Source: a phage. Taken from it: a DNA stretch of 64,000 bases. The stretch lies in NCBI GenBank assembly GCA_027337125.1, contig GCA_027337125.1_3057.1. One strand, given 5' to 3'. Under the pieces are notes generated by a model. It made no database searches. It was not told where the DNA came from and saw nothing but the letters and a program-made list of their open reading frames with translations. Every line of letters starts with the position of its first letter. The stretch's first letter is position 1. Of this stretch, positions 19,787 through 29,518 are shown in pieces. A program made the translations under genes and the position numbers.

Positions 19787-20469
19787 TGTTTGATTTTATT
19801 ATAGATTTTGAAACAATGGGAAGCGGTGAAAAGGCAGCTGTTATTGATTTGGCTGTTATTGCCTTTGACCCTAATCCAGAAGTAGTTGAATCATTTGATG
19901 AATTAGTTTCGCGCGGCATTAAAATCAAATTTGATTTAAAAAGCCAAAAAGGACATCGTCTTTTTACTAAAAGCACTATCGAATGGTGGAAAAATCAGTC
20001 TCCTGAAGCTCGAAAAAATATTGCACCATCAGATGAAGATGTAAGCACTATCGATGGTATTGTAAAATTTAATGATTACATCAATGCACATAACATCGAT
20101 CCTTGGAAATCTCAAGGATGGTGCCGTGGAATGTCGTTTGATTTTCCAATTTTAGTCGATCTCATTCGCGATATTCAACGTCTTAATGGCGTTTCTGAGA
20201 ATGAACTTGACACATTTAAGTTAGAACCATGTAAATTCTGGAATCAGCGTGATATTCGTACCAGAATTGAAGCACTTCTCCTTGTTCGTGATATGACCAC
20301 GTGTCCTCTTCCAAAGGGAACTTTAGATGGATTCGTTGCACATGATTCTATTCATGACTGTGCGAAAGACATCTTGATGATGAAGTATGCTTTGCGATAT
20401 GCTATGGGTCTTGAAGACGCTCCGTCAGAGGAAGAGTGCGATCCTCTATCTCTTCCAACAAAACGATAA
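19786..20469 (+). CDS. dexA: Exonuclease A (DnaQ-like 3'-5' exonuclease)
   Basis: 227 aa; N-terminal FIIDFETMG exonuclease motif; matches T4 DexA. Confidence 0.88.
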   Translation: MFDFIIDFETMGSGEKAAVIDLAVIAFDPNPEVVESFDELVSRGIKIKFDLKSQKGHRLFTKSTIEWWKNQSPEARKNIAPSDEDVSTIDGIVKFNDYINAHNIDPWKSQGWCRGMSFDFPILVDLIRDIQRLNGVSENELDTFKLEPCKFWNQRDIRTRIEALLLVRDMTTCPLPKGTLDGFVAHDSIHDCAKDILMMKYALRYAMGLEDAPSEEECDPLSLPTKR

Positions 20470-20475
20470 AAAGTT

Positions 20476-20505
20476 GTTTACTTCCTCGGTTAGTTGTGGT
20501 ATTAT
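20476..20505 (+). promoter_or_regulatory. Early promoter (GTTTAC 20476-20481, -10 TATTAT 20500-20505)
   Basis: 18-bp spacer, TGGTATTAT extended -10. Confidence 0.55.
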
Positions 20506-20532
20506 AACACCATAGTTACTGAGGATAATAAA

Positions 20533-21033
20533 ATGAAAATTTATCGTGTTGAATCATCGTTTAGTATTCTTGATTATGAAGATGCTATAACAATACGTCG
20601 AAATCTTTGTGTTCAAATAACACCGTACAGGAGTATAATAGATTCATGGAGCGAAGAGTGGCTATTACACGTAGGTTATGACAGACCTAATTTTATGCAT
20701 CATAGCGATAATAATAAAAGAATTCCTTTACCACACGAAGATAAACTATTAGTTAAAAACGCTAATATAGTAATTAATACTAAGTTCAAGAAAGATTATG
20801 TTGGAGTAGAATATCATATTCCAGGATGGTTTATAGCTCTTTATCATTTTGCTTTCGCTAGTGAATATGATATGATGAGATGGTTCACACGAGAAGAGCG
20901 GGAAGAATTATCTTCTAAAGGATTTTATCTCGCTGTATACGAAGTTCCTGAAGATGAAGTTATCATTGGCGGGCACCAAGTAATGTTCCGTAAATCCCAT
21001 GCTGAACTCGTAGATTTTATTGAAATGAGATAA
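20533..21033 (+). CDS. Hypothetical protein (166 aa)
   Basis: ATG 20533 with GAGGA RBS (track start 20494 is upstream of the promoter -10 and unlikely). Confidence 0.55.
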   Translation: MKIYRVESSFSILDYEDAITIRRNLCVQITPYRSIIDSWSEEWLLHVGYDRPNFMHHSDNNKRIPLPHEDKLLVKNANIVINTKFKKDYVGVEYHIPGWFIALYHFAFASEYDMMRWFTREEREELSSKGFYLAVYEVPEDEVIIGGHQVMFRKSHAELVDFIEMR

Positions 21034-21035
21034 TT

Positions 21036-21578
21036 ATGAAATTTAATTATAATCCTGAATATACACCAAATCCGGTAGCTAAACTGATTGATTTTGATGT
21101 TGTAAGCACTTATGTATGCCCTGTTAAACCACTGGAAATTAAGGAATCTACTATGACTACCGCTATTGAAATCGGCAAAACCTACAAACTAGTTGAACCT
21201 GAAATTAAAACCAATGCCTTGATTTCCGGCTATAAAACTTTGACTGATGTTTTTGGCGAAGGCGAATTTACTGTTGAAGACTTTGGAAAAAGTAAATGGT
21301 TTACTAAATCTTATATTGTCCACGGTCGTCGTTTAGACAATAACAAAATAGAGAAAATCCTGGTTTATGAAGCAGAGTTCATCCTGTTCCAAGAAGTTGA
21401 AGAACAAGACCCTACAGACCTTCTAACTCGTGCTATAGCTATCAAGACTCCATTTATTTCGGTCTGTGGTTGGGTAACAGACCAATGGATTGAAGATGGC
21501 GTTGAACTTCTGAACGTTGTTCATGCAGGTGATTTTAGTGTAGTACCTCGTAGTGCGGTGGTAGCTATTTTGAATTAA
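21036..21578 (+). CDS. Hypothetical protein (180 aa); C-terminal domain paralogous to next ORF
   Basis: Shares C-terminal TDQW(I/V)EDGV(E/K)L block with 21655..22146. Confidence 0.6.
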   Translation: MKFNYNPEYTPNPVAKLIDFDVVSTYVCPVKPLEIKESTMTTAIEIGKTYKLVEPEIKTNALISGYKTLTDVFGEGEFTVEDFGKSKWFTKSYIVHGRRLDNNKIEKILVYEAEFILFQEVEEQDPTDLLTRAIAIKTPFISVCGWVTDQWIEDGVELLNVVHAGDFSVVPRSAVVAILN

Positions 21579-21580
21579 TA

Positions 21581-21616
21581 GTTTACAAACTCTTGGGACC
21601 AGAGTATAATGGTCCC
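21581..21616 (+). promoter_or_regulatory. Early promoter (GTTTAC 21581-21586, -10 TATAAT 21605-21610) with GGGACC/GGTCCC inverted repeat flanking the -10
   Basis: Consensus hexamers; 6-bp inverted repeat 21595-21600/21611-21616. Confidence 0.6.
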
Positions 21617-21654
21617 GCGGAGTATAAAATCTTTTTAACAAGTGAGAGATAACT

Positions 21655-22146
21655 ATGATTATTAATATTGGTGAAATTGCTCGTGTATCTGATAAATCCC
21701 GTTCTAAAGCAGCAGGAAAATTGGTCGAAATTGTAAGCATTCAGCTTAAACATGGTGTTAAAGATGAAGATTCTGAAGTAAAAGTGCGTATCATTCCTAA
21801 AGATGGAAAGTCTAAACCTCAGTTTGGCTATGTTCGTGCGAAATTTCTTGAATCTGCGTTTTTGAAAGCTGTTCCTGCTAAAGGAATTGAAACGATTGAT
21901 ACTTCGCATGTAGGTGTAGACTTTAAGTGGAAACTCGGTCAGGCTATTAAGTTCGTTGCTCCTTGTGAATTCGAATTTACCGAAGGTGAGGAAGGTGTTG
22001 CTCACCGTACCCGCGCTATGTGTGCATACATTACCGATCAATGGGTAGAAGATGGCGTTAAGTTGTACAACGCAGTATTTTTAGGAACATACAAAGTCAT
22101 TCCCGAAAGTTGGATTAAACACTATAGCAAAGCCCGCTATGCATAA
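21655..22146 (+). CDS. Hypothetical protein (163 aa), possibly MotB by size and position
   Basis: GAGAG RBS; paralogous C-terminus with previous ORF. Confidence 0.6.
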   Translation: MIINIGEIARVSDKSRSKAAGKLVEIVSIQLKHGVKDEDSEVKVRIIPKDGKSKPQFGYVRAKFLESAFLKAVPAKGIETIDTSHVGVDFKWKLGQAIKFVAPCEFEFTEGEEGVAHRTRAMCAYITDQWVEDGVKLYNAVFLGTYKVIPESWIKHYSKARYA

Positions 22147-22151
22147 AATTT

Positions 22152-22221
22152 AAAATTTTTTCATAAAACTATATACATCAGTAGTTGATTATGGTACTAT
22201 ATCAATATCAACTACTGATAC
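22152..22221 (+). repeat. Promoter-cassette repeat copy lacking GTTTAC -35, with 13-bp perfect inverted repeat (22177-22189 / 22207-22219) around the -10
   Basis: ATCAGTAGTTGAT ... ATCAACTACTGAT encloses tatggtactata; shares 3' half with cassettes at 2711, 34138, 51432. Confidence 0.6.
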
Positions 22222-22244
22222 AGAAAAACAACTTGGAGAATAAA

Positions 22245-22514
22245 ATGGAAAACTTAATTATCATCGAACAATCTTTCAACGATTATGGTATGGCTTACGG
22301 TTATCGTGCGATAATGGAAGATTCTCGTGGATGTGTTATCGATATTGCTGAATGTAAAGATTTACTGCAGCTTTTGAAGACTGTTCGCAAAAATTGGGAT
22401 TGTGAAAATATTAAAGCTCGAGTTGTTACAGAAGAAGAAACTGTTTTTCATGATGTAAAATTCGCCAAAGGTGCTGCTACTCTTCTGAAACGTATCGCTC
22501 CACTGTTCAATTAA
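22245..22514 (+). CDS. Hypothetical protein (89 aa)
   Basis: ATG 22245 with GGAG RBS. Confidence 0.55.
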   Translation: MENLIIIEQSFNDYGMAYGYRAIMEDSRGCVIDIAECKDLLQLLKTVRKNWDCENIKARVVTEEETVFHDVKFAKGAATLLKRIAPLFN

Positions 22515-22527
22515 TGAGGAAATTGCA

Positions 22528-22743
22528 ATGAAACGTAAAATTGTTCAGAACTGCACTAATGATGAATTTGAAGATGTATTATTTGATCCAAATTTGGTAG
22601 TAGTTCAAAAGGAACATACTAGCAAGTTTACTCACTTGACTTCTGTTTATGTGTATGAGAAAGTCGGTGATAAACAGCCAATTTACGGTGTATTTCGTGA
22701 AATTACTGAAGACGGCACAACTTACTGGAAGGAAATTTATTAA
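22528..22743 (+). CDS. Hypothetical protein (71 aa), possibly Cef by size and position
   Basis: GAGGA RBS. Confidence 0.5.
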   Translation: MKRKIVQNCTNDEFEDVLFDPNLVVVQKEHTSKFTHLTSVYVYEKVGDKQPIYGVFREITEDGTTYWKEIY

Positions 22744-23162
22744 TGGCTATTAAATTTGAAGTTAATAAATGGTATCAATTTAAAAATAAACAAGCCCAAG
22801 AAAATTTTATTAAAGACCATACTGATAACGGAATCTATGCACGACGTTTAGGTATGGAGCCTTTTAAAATTTTAGATGCTGATTATCTTGGGCGTCCTAC
22901 TAAAATTATGACATCCATAGGTGTACTCAAACGTTGTGCCGGTGGTGATATCCTTGACGAAAACTTTATCTGGCTCTCTACTAACGAAGCTGGGTTCTTT
23001 GATGAAGTTGAAAATCCATATCAGGCAGCTGAAGAGCAAGAGCAGGAAGAGCAAGAACAAATAGAAGATTTCACAGCATTTCCTGTCATGAAAGTTACTA
23101 TTGAAAATAATGAACAGGCATGGTCCTTGTATCAGATGTTGAAAGCACACTTTAAGGAATAA
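22743..23162 (+). CDS. Hypothetical protein (139 aa) with acidic [10 protein letters not shown] low-complexity stretch, possibly GoF
   Basis: TAATG coupling to upstream ORF. Confidence 0.5.
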   Translation: MAIKFEVNKWYQFKNKQAQENFIKDHTDNGIYARRLGMEPFKILDADYLGRPTKIMTSIGVLKRCAGGDILDENFIWLSTNEAGFFDEVENPYQAAEEQEQEEQEQIEDFTAFPVMKVTIENNEQAWSLYQMLKAHFKE

Positions 23163-23164
23163 TT

Positions 23165-23341
23165 ATGCCAATGTATGATTATAAATGCCAATCTGAAGAC
23201 TGCGGGCATGAATATGAAAAAATTAAAAAGATTTCTGAACGAGAAAATGATGTTTGCCCTAAATGTCATCGTTTGTCTACTCGTCGGCCTTCTGCTCCTA
23301 AGCATGTGAATGGTGGTTTTTACGATTTACTTAAAGGGTGA
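23165..23341 (+). CDS. Zinc-ribbon small protein (58 aa; CxxC...CxxC), not in ORF track
   Basis: YKCQSEDCGH ... CPKCH; FmdB-like zinc ribbon pattern. Confidence 0.5.
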   Translation: MPMYDYKCQSEDCGHEYEKIKKISERENDVCPKCHRLSTRRPSAPKHVNGGFYDLLKG

Positions 23342-23343
23342 TT

Positions 23344-23715
23344 ATGTTTAAAATCGGTAAGAAATATCGTGTTCGCGAAGGTGAAGAAAAGAAATATCTA
23401 ATGTCTGCTATTTATAGGAATGGTTCTATTAATGCTGTAATATCTACAAGCGAATTTATCGTTGAAGATATGAAAGGTCATAATGTTACAATGATTAGTA
23501 CAGCATCTGGAAATGATGGAAAAATTCTTCACAGTATGCAGAGTAATGTTCTAATTTATGCTGAAGAATTTGACTTCTTCGAAGAAGTTTCCGAAAATTT
23601 TGATTTTGGATGCACTATCACTATGAAATCTGGCGACCCTCTTTCATTTACGGTTAAAGATGAAAGAAGTCGTTTGAGAATTATTAGTCTTCTTCAAGCC
23701 ATTAAATTTGAGTGA
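23344..23715 (+). CDS. Hypothetical protein (123 aa)
   Basis: ATG 23344 immediately after upstream stop. Confidence 0.55.
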   Translation: MFKIGKKYRVREGEEKKYLMSAIYRNGSINAVISTSEFIVEDMKGHNVTMISTASGNDGKILHSMQSNVLIYAEEFDFFEEVSENFDFGCTITMKSGDPLSFTVKDERSRLRIISLLQAIKFE

Positions 23716-23719
23716 AATT

Positions 23720-23980
23720 ATGAAATATATTAATCGTTCTATCGCAGCATTAGTATTAGCAGTGTCTTTAGCAGGATGTACTGATGCTGATAATGCAACC
23801 AAAGTTTTGTCTTCAAGTGGTTTTACTAATATTGAAATCACTGGATACAATTGGTTCGGTTGCTCTGAAAATGATTTCCAACATACTGGATTTCGCGCTA
23901 TTGGACCTACCGGACAGAAAGTAGAAGGAACCGTATGTTCTGGTCTATTCTTCAAGGATTCGACTATCCGTTTTAAATAA
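23720..23980 (+). CDS. Putative lipoprotein (86 aa; lipobox LAGC)
   Basis: Signal peptide MKYINRSIAALVLAVSLAGC. Confidence 0.55.
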   Translation: MKYINRSIAALVLAVSLAGCTDADNATKVLSSSGFTNIEITGYNWFGCSENDFQHTGFRAIGPTGQKVEGTVCSGLFFKDSTIRFK

Positions 23981-23997
23981 AAGGCCTTCGGGCCTTT
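23980..23997 (+). terminator. UUCG-capped hairpin (AAAGGCC-UUCG-GGCCUUU), terminator-like, upstream of gene 39
   Basis: 7-bp stem, weak U-tract; followed by candidate MotA box AGCTTTA and -10 TATAAT 24017-24022. Confidence 0.45.
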
Positions 23998-24049
23998 AGC
24001 TTTATGATTACCGGAGTATAATATTCCCGAAACCAAACGAGGATAAGTG

Positions 24050-25867
24050 ATGATTAAGAATGAAATTAAAATTCTGAGCGATATTGAACATATCAAAAAG
24101 CGTAGCGGCATGTACATTGGTTCTTCTGCTAATGAAATGCATGAGCGCTTTCTGTTTGGTAAATGGGAAAGTGTTCAGTATGTACCTGGTCTTGTTAAGC
24201 TTATTGATGAAATTATCGATAACTCAGTAGATGAAGGTATTCGTACTAAGTTTAAATTCGCGAATAAAATTAATGTTACTATTAAAAACAATCAAGTAAC
24301 AGTTGAAGATAACGGTCGTGGTATTCCACAAGCGATGGTTAAAACACCTACTGGTGAAGAAATTCCTGGTCCTGTTGCTGCCTGGACTATTCCAAAAGCA
24401 GGTGGTAACTTCGGTGATGATAAAGAACGCGTCACTGGCGGTATGAACGGTGTTGGTTCTAGTTTAACTAACATTTTTTCTGTGATGTTTGTCGGTGAAA
24501 CTGGCGACGGTCAAAATAATATTGTAGTTCGTTGTTCAAATGGCATGGAAAATAAATCATGGGAAACTATTCCTGGAAAATGGAAGGGAACACGTGTTAC
24601 TTTCATTCCTGATTTTATGTCATTTGAAACTAATGAGCTATCTCAAGTTTATCTTGACATTACATTAGATCGCCTCCAGACACTTGCAGTAGTTTATCCT
24701 GATATTCAATTTACCTTTAATGGTAAAAAGGTTCAGGGTAATTTTAAGAAATATGCACGCCAATATGATGAGCATGCTATCGTTCAAGAACAGGAAAATT
24801 GCTCTATTGCGGTTGGTCGTTCACCGGATGGTTTTCGTCAATTAACATACGTCAATAACATTCATACTAAGAATGGTGGTCATCACATTGACTGTGTTAT
24901 GGATGATATTTGTGAAGACCTTATTCCACAAATCAAACGTAAGTTCAAAATTGATGTAACTAAAGCACGTGTTAAAGAATGTTTGACTATCGTTATGTTT
25001 GTCCGTGATATGAAAAACATGCGATTTGATTCTCAAACTAAAGAGCGTTTGACTTCTCCATTTGGTGAAATTCGTAGTCATATTCAGCTTGATGCTAAAA
25101 AGATTTCACGTGCTATTTTAAATAATGAAGCAATTTTAATGCCAATTATTGAAGCTGCTTTGGCTCGTAAATTGGCGGCAGAAAAAGCAGCAGAAACTAA
25201 AGCAGCTAAAAAGGCTTCTAAAGCTAAGGTTCATAAACATATTAAAGCGAATCTTTGTGGTAAAGATGCTGACACTACTCTTTTCTTGACTGAGGGTGAT
25301 TCGGCTATTGGGTATCTTATTGATGTTCGTGATAAAGAACTTCATGGTGGTTATCCATTACGTGGTAAAGTTCTCAACAGCTGGGGTATGTCATATGCTG
25401 ATATGCTTAAAAATAAAGAACTGTTTGATATTTGCGCAATCACTGGATTAGTTCTTGGTGAAAAAGCCGAAAACTTGAATTATCATAATATTGCTATTAT
25501 GACTGACGCTGACCACGATGGTCTAGGAAGCATTTATCCTTCTCTGCTCGGATTTTTTAGTAATTGGCCAGAACTGTTTGAACAAGGAAGAATTCGCTTT
25601 GTCAAAACTCCTGTAATCATCGCTCAGGTCGGTAAAAAACAAGAATGGTTTTATACAGTCGCTGAATATGAGAGTGCCAAAGATGCTCTACCTAAACATA
25701 GCATCCGTTATATTAAAGGACTTGGCTCTTTGGAAAAATCTGAATATCGTGAGATGATTCAAAACCCAGTATATGATGTTGTTAAACTTCCTGAGAATTG
25801 GAAAGAGCTTTTTGAAATGCTCATGGGAGATAATGCTGACCTTCGTAAAGAATGGATGAGCCAGTAG
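24050..25867 (+). CDS. 39: DNA topoisomerase II large subunit gp39, unsplit form (605 aa)
   Basis: GHKL ATPase, TOPRIM (EGDSA, DADHDG), KGLG and C-terminal LMGD motifs all in one ORF; no separate gene 60. Confidence 0.9.
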   Translation: MIKNEIKILSDIEHIKKRSGMYIGSSANEMHERFLFGKWESVQYVPGLVKLIDEIIDNSVDEGIRTKFKFANKINVTIKNNQVTVEDNGRGIPQAMVKTPTGEEIPGPVAAWTIPKAGGNFGDDKERVTGGMNGVGSSLTNIFSVMFVGETGDGQNNIVVRCSNGMENKSWETIPGKWKGTRVTFIPDFMSFETNELSQVYLDITLDRLQTLAVVYPDIQFTFNGKKVQGNFKKYARQYDEHAIVQEQENCSIAVGRSPDGFRQLTYVNNIHTKNGGHHIDCVMDDICEDLIPQIKRKFKIDVTKARVKECLTIVMFVRDMKNMRFDSQTKERLTSPFGEIRSHIQLDAKKISRAILNNEAILMPIIEAALARKLAAEKAAETKAAKKASKAKVHKHIKANLCGKDADTTLFLTEGDSAIGYLIDVRDKELHGGYPLRGKVLNSWGMSYADMLKNKELFDICAITGLVLGEKAENLNYHNIAIMTDADHDGLGSIYPSLLGFFSNWPELFEQGRIRFVKTPVIIAQVGKKQEWFYTVAEYESAKDALPKHSIRYIKGLGSLEKSEYREMIQNPVYDVVKLPENWKELFEMLMGDNADLRKEWMSQ

Positions 25868-25898
25868 TTTAATTATACCACAAGGATGTGGTATAATT
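25866..25898 (+). promoter_or_regulatory. Hairpin-promoter element: -35-like GTTTAA followed by perfect 12-bp inverted repeat AATTATACCACA/TGTGGTATAATT
   Basis: Right arm contains extended -10 TGGTATAAT; loop agga. Confidence 0.5.
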
Positions 25899-25922
25899 AA
25901 TTGGGCAAATGAGGATATTGAA

Positions 25923-26126
25923 ATGAAATCATATAAAGTAAATTTAGAACTTTTTGATAAAGCAGTTCATCGAGAATATAGAATCATTCAACGCTTTTTC
26001 GATATGGGAGAAGCCGAAGAGTTTAAAAACCGCTTTAAGGATATTAGAGATAAAATTCAATCCGACACTGCAACTAAAGATGAACTACTAGAAGTTGCTG
26101 AAGTTATTAAACGCAATATGAATTAA
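25923..26126 (+). CDS. Hypothetical protein (67 aa), rIIA.1 position
   Basis: GAGG RBS. Confidence 0.55.
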   Translation: MKSYKVNLELFDKAVHREYRIIQRFFDMGEAEEFKNRFKDIRDKIQSDTATKDELLEVAEVIKRNMN

Positions 26127-26136
26127 TGAGGAAATT

Positions 26137-28314
26137 ATGATTATCACCACTGAAAAAGAAACAATTCTTGGTAATGGTGCTAAATCAAAAGCATTTAGCA
26201 TCGCAGCAAATCCTAAAGTATTTAAAATTCTGTCATCTGATTTGTATACAAACAAGATTCGCGCAGTGGTTCGTGAATTGATTACCAACATGATTGATGC
26301 CCATGCTCTTAATGGAAATCCTGAAAAATTTATCATTCAAGTCCCAGGACGATTAGATCCGCGATTTGTTTGCCGAGATTTTGGTCCAGGTATGAGCGAT
26401 TTTGATATTCAGGGTGATGATAATTCTCCTGGGTTGTATAATTCATACTTCAGTTCATCTAAGGCTGAATCTAACGATTTCATTGGTGGATTTGGTTTAG
26501 GTTCTAAATCTCCGTTTAGTTATACTGATACGTTTAGTATTACTTCGTATCATAAAGGTGAAATTCGTGGTTATGTAGCTTACATGGATGGTGATGGTCC
26601 GCAGATTAAACCTACATTCGTAAAAGAAATGGGTCCAGATGATAAAACTGGTATTGAAATCGTAGTTCCAGTTGAAGAAAAAGACTTTAGAAACTTTGCT
26701 TATGAAGTTTCTTATATCATGCGACCATTCAAAGATTTGGCTATCATTAATGGTCTTGACCGCGAAATTGATTATTTTCCGGATTTTGATGACTATTACG
26801 GTGTAAATCCAGAAAGATACTGGCCAGATCGTGGTGGATTGTACGCTATCTATGGTGGTATTGTTTATCCTATTGACGGTGTTATTAGAGACCGTAACTG
26901 GTTAAGCATTCGCAATGAAGTGAATTATATTAAGTTTCCAATGGGTTCACTTGATATTGCTCCATCGCGTGAGGCTCTTTCGCTGGATGATCGTACTCGT
27001 AAAAATATTATTGAGCGTGTTAAAGAGCTCAGTGAGCGGGCGTTTAATGAAGATGTAAAACGATTTAAAGAATCTACATCTCCTCGTCATACATACCGTG
27101 AATTGATGAAGATGGGGTATTCTGCTCGAGATTATATGATTAGTAATTCAGTCAAATTCACGACTAAAAATCTGTCATATAAGAAGATGCAGAGCATGTT
27201 TGAACCTGACAGTAAGTTATGCAATGCAGGAGTTGTGTATGAAGTAAATCTTGACCCTCGACTGAAACGCATTAAACAAAGTCATGAAACTTCAGCCGTT
27301 GCATCAAGTTATCGTCTGTTTGGTATTAATACGACAAAAATTAATATTGTTATTGATAATATTAAAAATCGTGTTAATATTGTCCGTGGATTAGCACGTG
27401 CATTAGATGATAGCGAATTTAATAACACTTTGAATATTCATCACAATGAACGCCTTTTGTTTATTAATCCGGAAGTAGAATCGCAGATTGATTTGCTTCC
27501 TGATATTATGGCAATGTTTGAAAGTGATGAAGTTAACATTCATTATCTGTCAGAAATTGAAGCTTTAGTTAAAAGTTATATTCCAAAGGCAGTAAAAAGT
27601 ACAGCTCCTCGTCCTAAAACTGCTACTGCATTTAAGTTTGAAATTAAAGACGGGCGCTGGGAAAAAGAGGAATTGTTTACGCTCACATCAGAAGCAGATG
27701 AAATTACTGGTTATGTAGCATACATGCATCGTTCTGATATTTTCTCTATGGATGGTACTACATCGCTTTGTCATCCATCTACGAGTATTTTGACTCGTAT
27801 GGCTAATCTTATTGGCATTAATGAATTTTATGTTATTCGTCCGCTTTTGCAGAAAAAGGTAAAAGAACTTGGTCAGTGCCAATGTATTTTTGAAACTCTA
27901 CGTGATTTATATGTAGATGCTTTTGATGATGTAGATTATGATAAGTATGTAGGTTATTCAAGTTCAGCTAAACGATATATTGATAAAATTATCAAGTATC
28001 CTGAGTTAGATTTTATGATGAAGTACTTCAGTGCAGATGAAGTTTCTGAAGAATATACACGACTCGCTAATATGGTTAGTTCATTGCAGGGTGTATATTT
28101 TAATGGTGGAAAAGATACCATCGGTCATGACATCTGGACAGTAACTAATCTTTTTGATGTATTATCAAATAATGCTTCAAAAAACAGTGATAAAATGGTT
28201 GCTGAGTTTACCAAGAAATTCCGTATTGTTTCTGACTTCATCGGATATCGTAACTCTTTGAGTGATGATGAAGTTTCCCAAATCGCTAAAACTATGAAGG
28301 CCCTTGCGGCCTAA
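26137..28314 (+). CDS. rIIA: rIIA protein (membrane-associated, GHKL-like ATPase fold)
   Basis: 725 aa; N-terminus [14 protein letters not shown] matches T4 rIIA. Confidence 0.93.
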   Translation: MIITTEKETILGNGAKSKAFSIAANPKVFKILSSDLYTNKIRAVVRELITNMIDAHALNGNPEKFIIQVPGRLDPRFVCRDFGPGMSDFDIQGDDNSPGLYNSYFSSSKAESNDFIGGFGLGSKSPFSYTDTFSITSYHKGEIRGYVAYMDGDGPQIKPTFVKEMGPDDKTGIEIVVPVEEKDFRNFAYEVSYIMRPFKDLAIINGLDREIDYFPDFDDYYGVNPERYWPDRGGLYAIYGGIVYPIDGVIRDRNWLSIRNEVNYIKFPMGSLDIAPSREALSLDDRTRKNIIERVKELSERAFNEDVKRFKESTSPRHTYRELMKMGYSARDYMISNSVKFTTKNLSYKKMQSMFEPDSKLCNAGVVYEVNLDPRLKRIKQSHETSAVASSYRLFGINTTKINIVIDNIKNRVNIVRGLARALDDSEFNNTLNIHHNERLLFINPEVESQIDLLPDIMAMFESDEVNIHYLSEIEALVKSYIPKAVKSTAPRPKTATAFKFEIKDGRWEKEELFTLTSEADEITGYVAYMHRSDIFSMDGTTSLCHPSTSILTRMANLIGINEFYVIRPLLQKKVKELGQCQCIFETLRDLYVDAFDDVDYDKYVGYSSSAKRYIDKIIKYPELDFMMKYFSADEVSEEYTRLANMVSSLQGVYFNGGKDTIGHDIWTVTNLFDVLSNNASKNSDKMVAEFTKKFRIVSDFIGYRNSLSDDEVSQIAKTMKALAA

Positions 28315-28325
28315 TAAGGAAAATT

Positions 28326-29264
28326 ATGTACAATATTAAATGCCTGACCAAAAACGAACAAGCTGAAATTGTTAAACTGTATTCAAGCGGTAATTATACC
28401 CAACAGGAATTGGCTGATTGGCAAGGTGTATCGGTTGACACAATCCGTCGTGTTTTGAAAAATGCTGAAGAAGCTGAGCGCTCCAAAGTTGCCATTAGCG
28501 GTGACATTACAGTTGAAGTTAAGAGCGATGTAGCTATTGCTCCAGTTGCTAAATCTGACATTATTTGGAATGCATCTAAAAAATTCATTTCAATTACTGT
28601 TGACGGCGTAACTTATAACGCAACTCCTAATACTCATTCAAACTTCCAGGAAATTCTTAACCTGCTTGTTGCAGATAAATTGGAAGAAGCGGCACAAAAA
28701 ATTAATGTTCGTCGCGCTGTTGAAAAATATATTTCCGGTGATGTTCGAATTGAAGGTGGAAGCCTGTTCTATCAAAATATTGAATTGCGGTCTGGTTTAG
28801 TTGATCGTATTCTTGATTCGATGGAAAAAGGTGAAAACTTTGAATTTTATTTTCCGTTCTTGGAAAATCTGCTGGAAAACCCAAGCCAAAAAGCAGTATC
28901 TCGACTCTTTGATTTCTTGGTAGCAAACGATATTGAAATTACAGAAGACGGCTACTTCTATGCTTGGAAAGTAGTTCGCAGCAATTACTTTGACTGTCAC
29001 TCAAATACCTTTGATAACAGTCCTGGTAAAGTAGTTAAAATGCCACGTACTCGTGTGAATGACGATGATACACAAACTTGTTCTCGTGGTCTGCATGTGT
29101 GTTCTAAATCTTATATTCGTCACTTTGGCAGTTCAACCAGCCGAGTTGTAAAAGTTAAAGTACATCCTCGCGATGTAGTATCAATTCCGATTGATTACAA
29201 TGATGCTAAAATGCGTACCTGCCAATACGAAGTAGTTGAAGACGTTACTGAACAATTTAAATAA
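28326..29264 (+). CDS. rIIB: rIIB protein
   Basis: 312 aa; matches T4 rIIB. Confidence 0.93.
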   Translation: MYNIKCLTKNEQAEIVKLYSSGNYTQQELADWQGVSVDTIRRVLKNAEEAERSKVAISGDITVEVKSDVAIAPVAKSDIIWNASKKFISITVDGVTYNATPNTHSNFQEILNLLVADKLEEAAQKINVRRAVEKYISGDVRIEGGSLFYQNIELRSGLVDRILDSMEKGENFEFYFPFLENLLENPSQKAVSRLFDFLVANDIEITEDGYFYAWKVVRSNYFDCHSNTFDNSPGKVVKMPRTRVNDDDTQTCSRGLHVCSKSYIRHFGSSTSRVVKVKVHPRDVVSIPIDYNDAKMRTCQYEVVEDVTEQFK

Positions 29265-29278
29265 GGGCTTCGGCCCTT
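29252..29278 (+). repeat. 27-bp direct repeat, left copy (covers rIIB stop and UUCG hairpin AAGGGC-UUCG-GCCCUU)
   Basis: ACAATTTAAATAAGGGCTTCGGCCCTT identical to 29475-29501. Confidence 0.85.
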
Positions 29279-29292
29279 AACTAAGGAAAATT

Positions 29293-29487
29293 ATGTTAGG
29301 TTATCAAGCACGAGTAAAAGAAGAATACGAACAATTAATGCTCAAAATTAATGCACTGAGCAAATTTTTAGAAAGTGAAAAGTTTTCAACGGTTAATGCA
29401 GTTGAGCAAGAACTGCTGCTTTCACAGTTTATCTCAATGAAATCTTACGCAGATTGTTTAGAGAAAAGAATTGCACAATTTAAATAA
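29293..29487 (+). CDS. Hypothetical coiled-coil protein (64 aa) flanked by 27-bp direct repeats
   Basis: AAGGA RBS; ends with the same QFK-stop as rIIB. Confidence 0.55.
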   Translation: MLGYQARVKEEYEQLMLKINALSKFLESEKFSTVNAVEQELLLSQFISMKSYADCLEKRIAQFK

Positions 29488-29501
29488 GGGCTTCGGCCCT
29501 T
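29475..29501 (+). repeat. 27-bp direct repeat, right copy
   Basis: Identical to 29252-29278. Confidence 0.85.
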
Positions 29502-29507
29502 TTGTTT
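29486..29507 (+). terminator. UUCG hairpin plus U-rich tract (terminator-like)
   Basis: AAGGGC-UUCG-GCCCUU followed by TTGTTTT. Confidence 0.55.
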
Positions 29508-29518
29508 TAAGGAAAATT

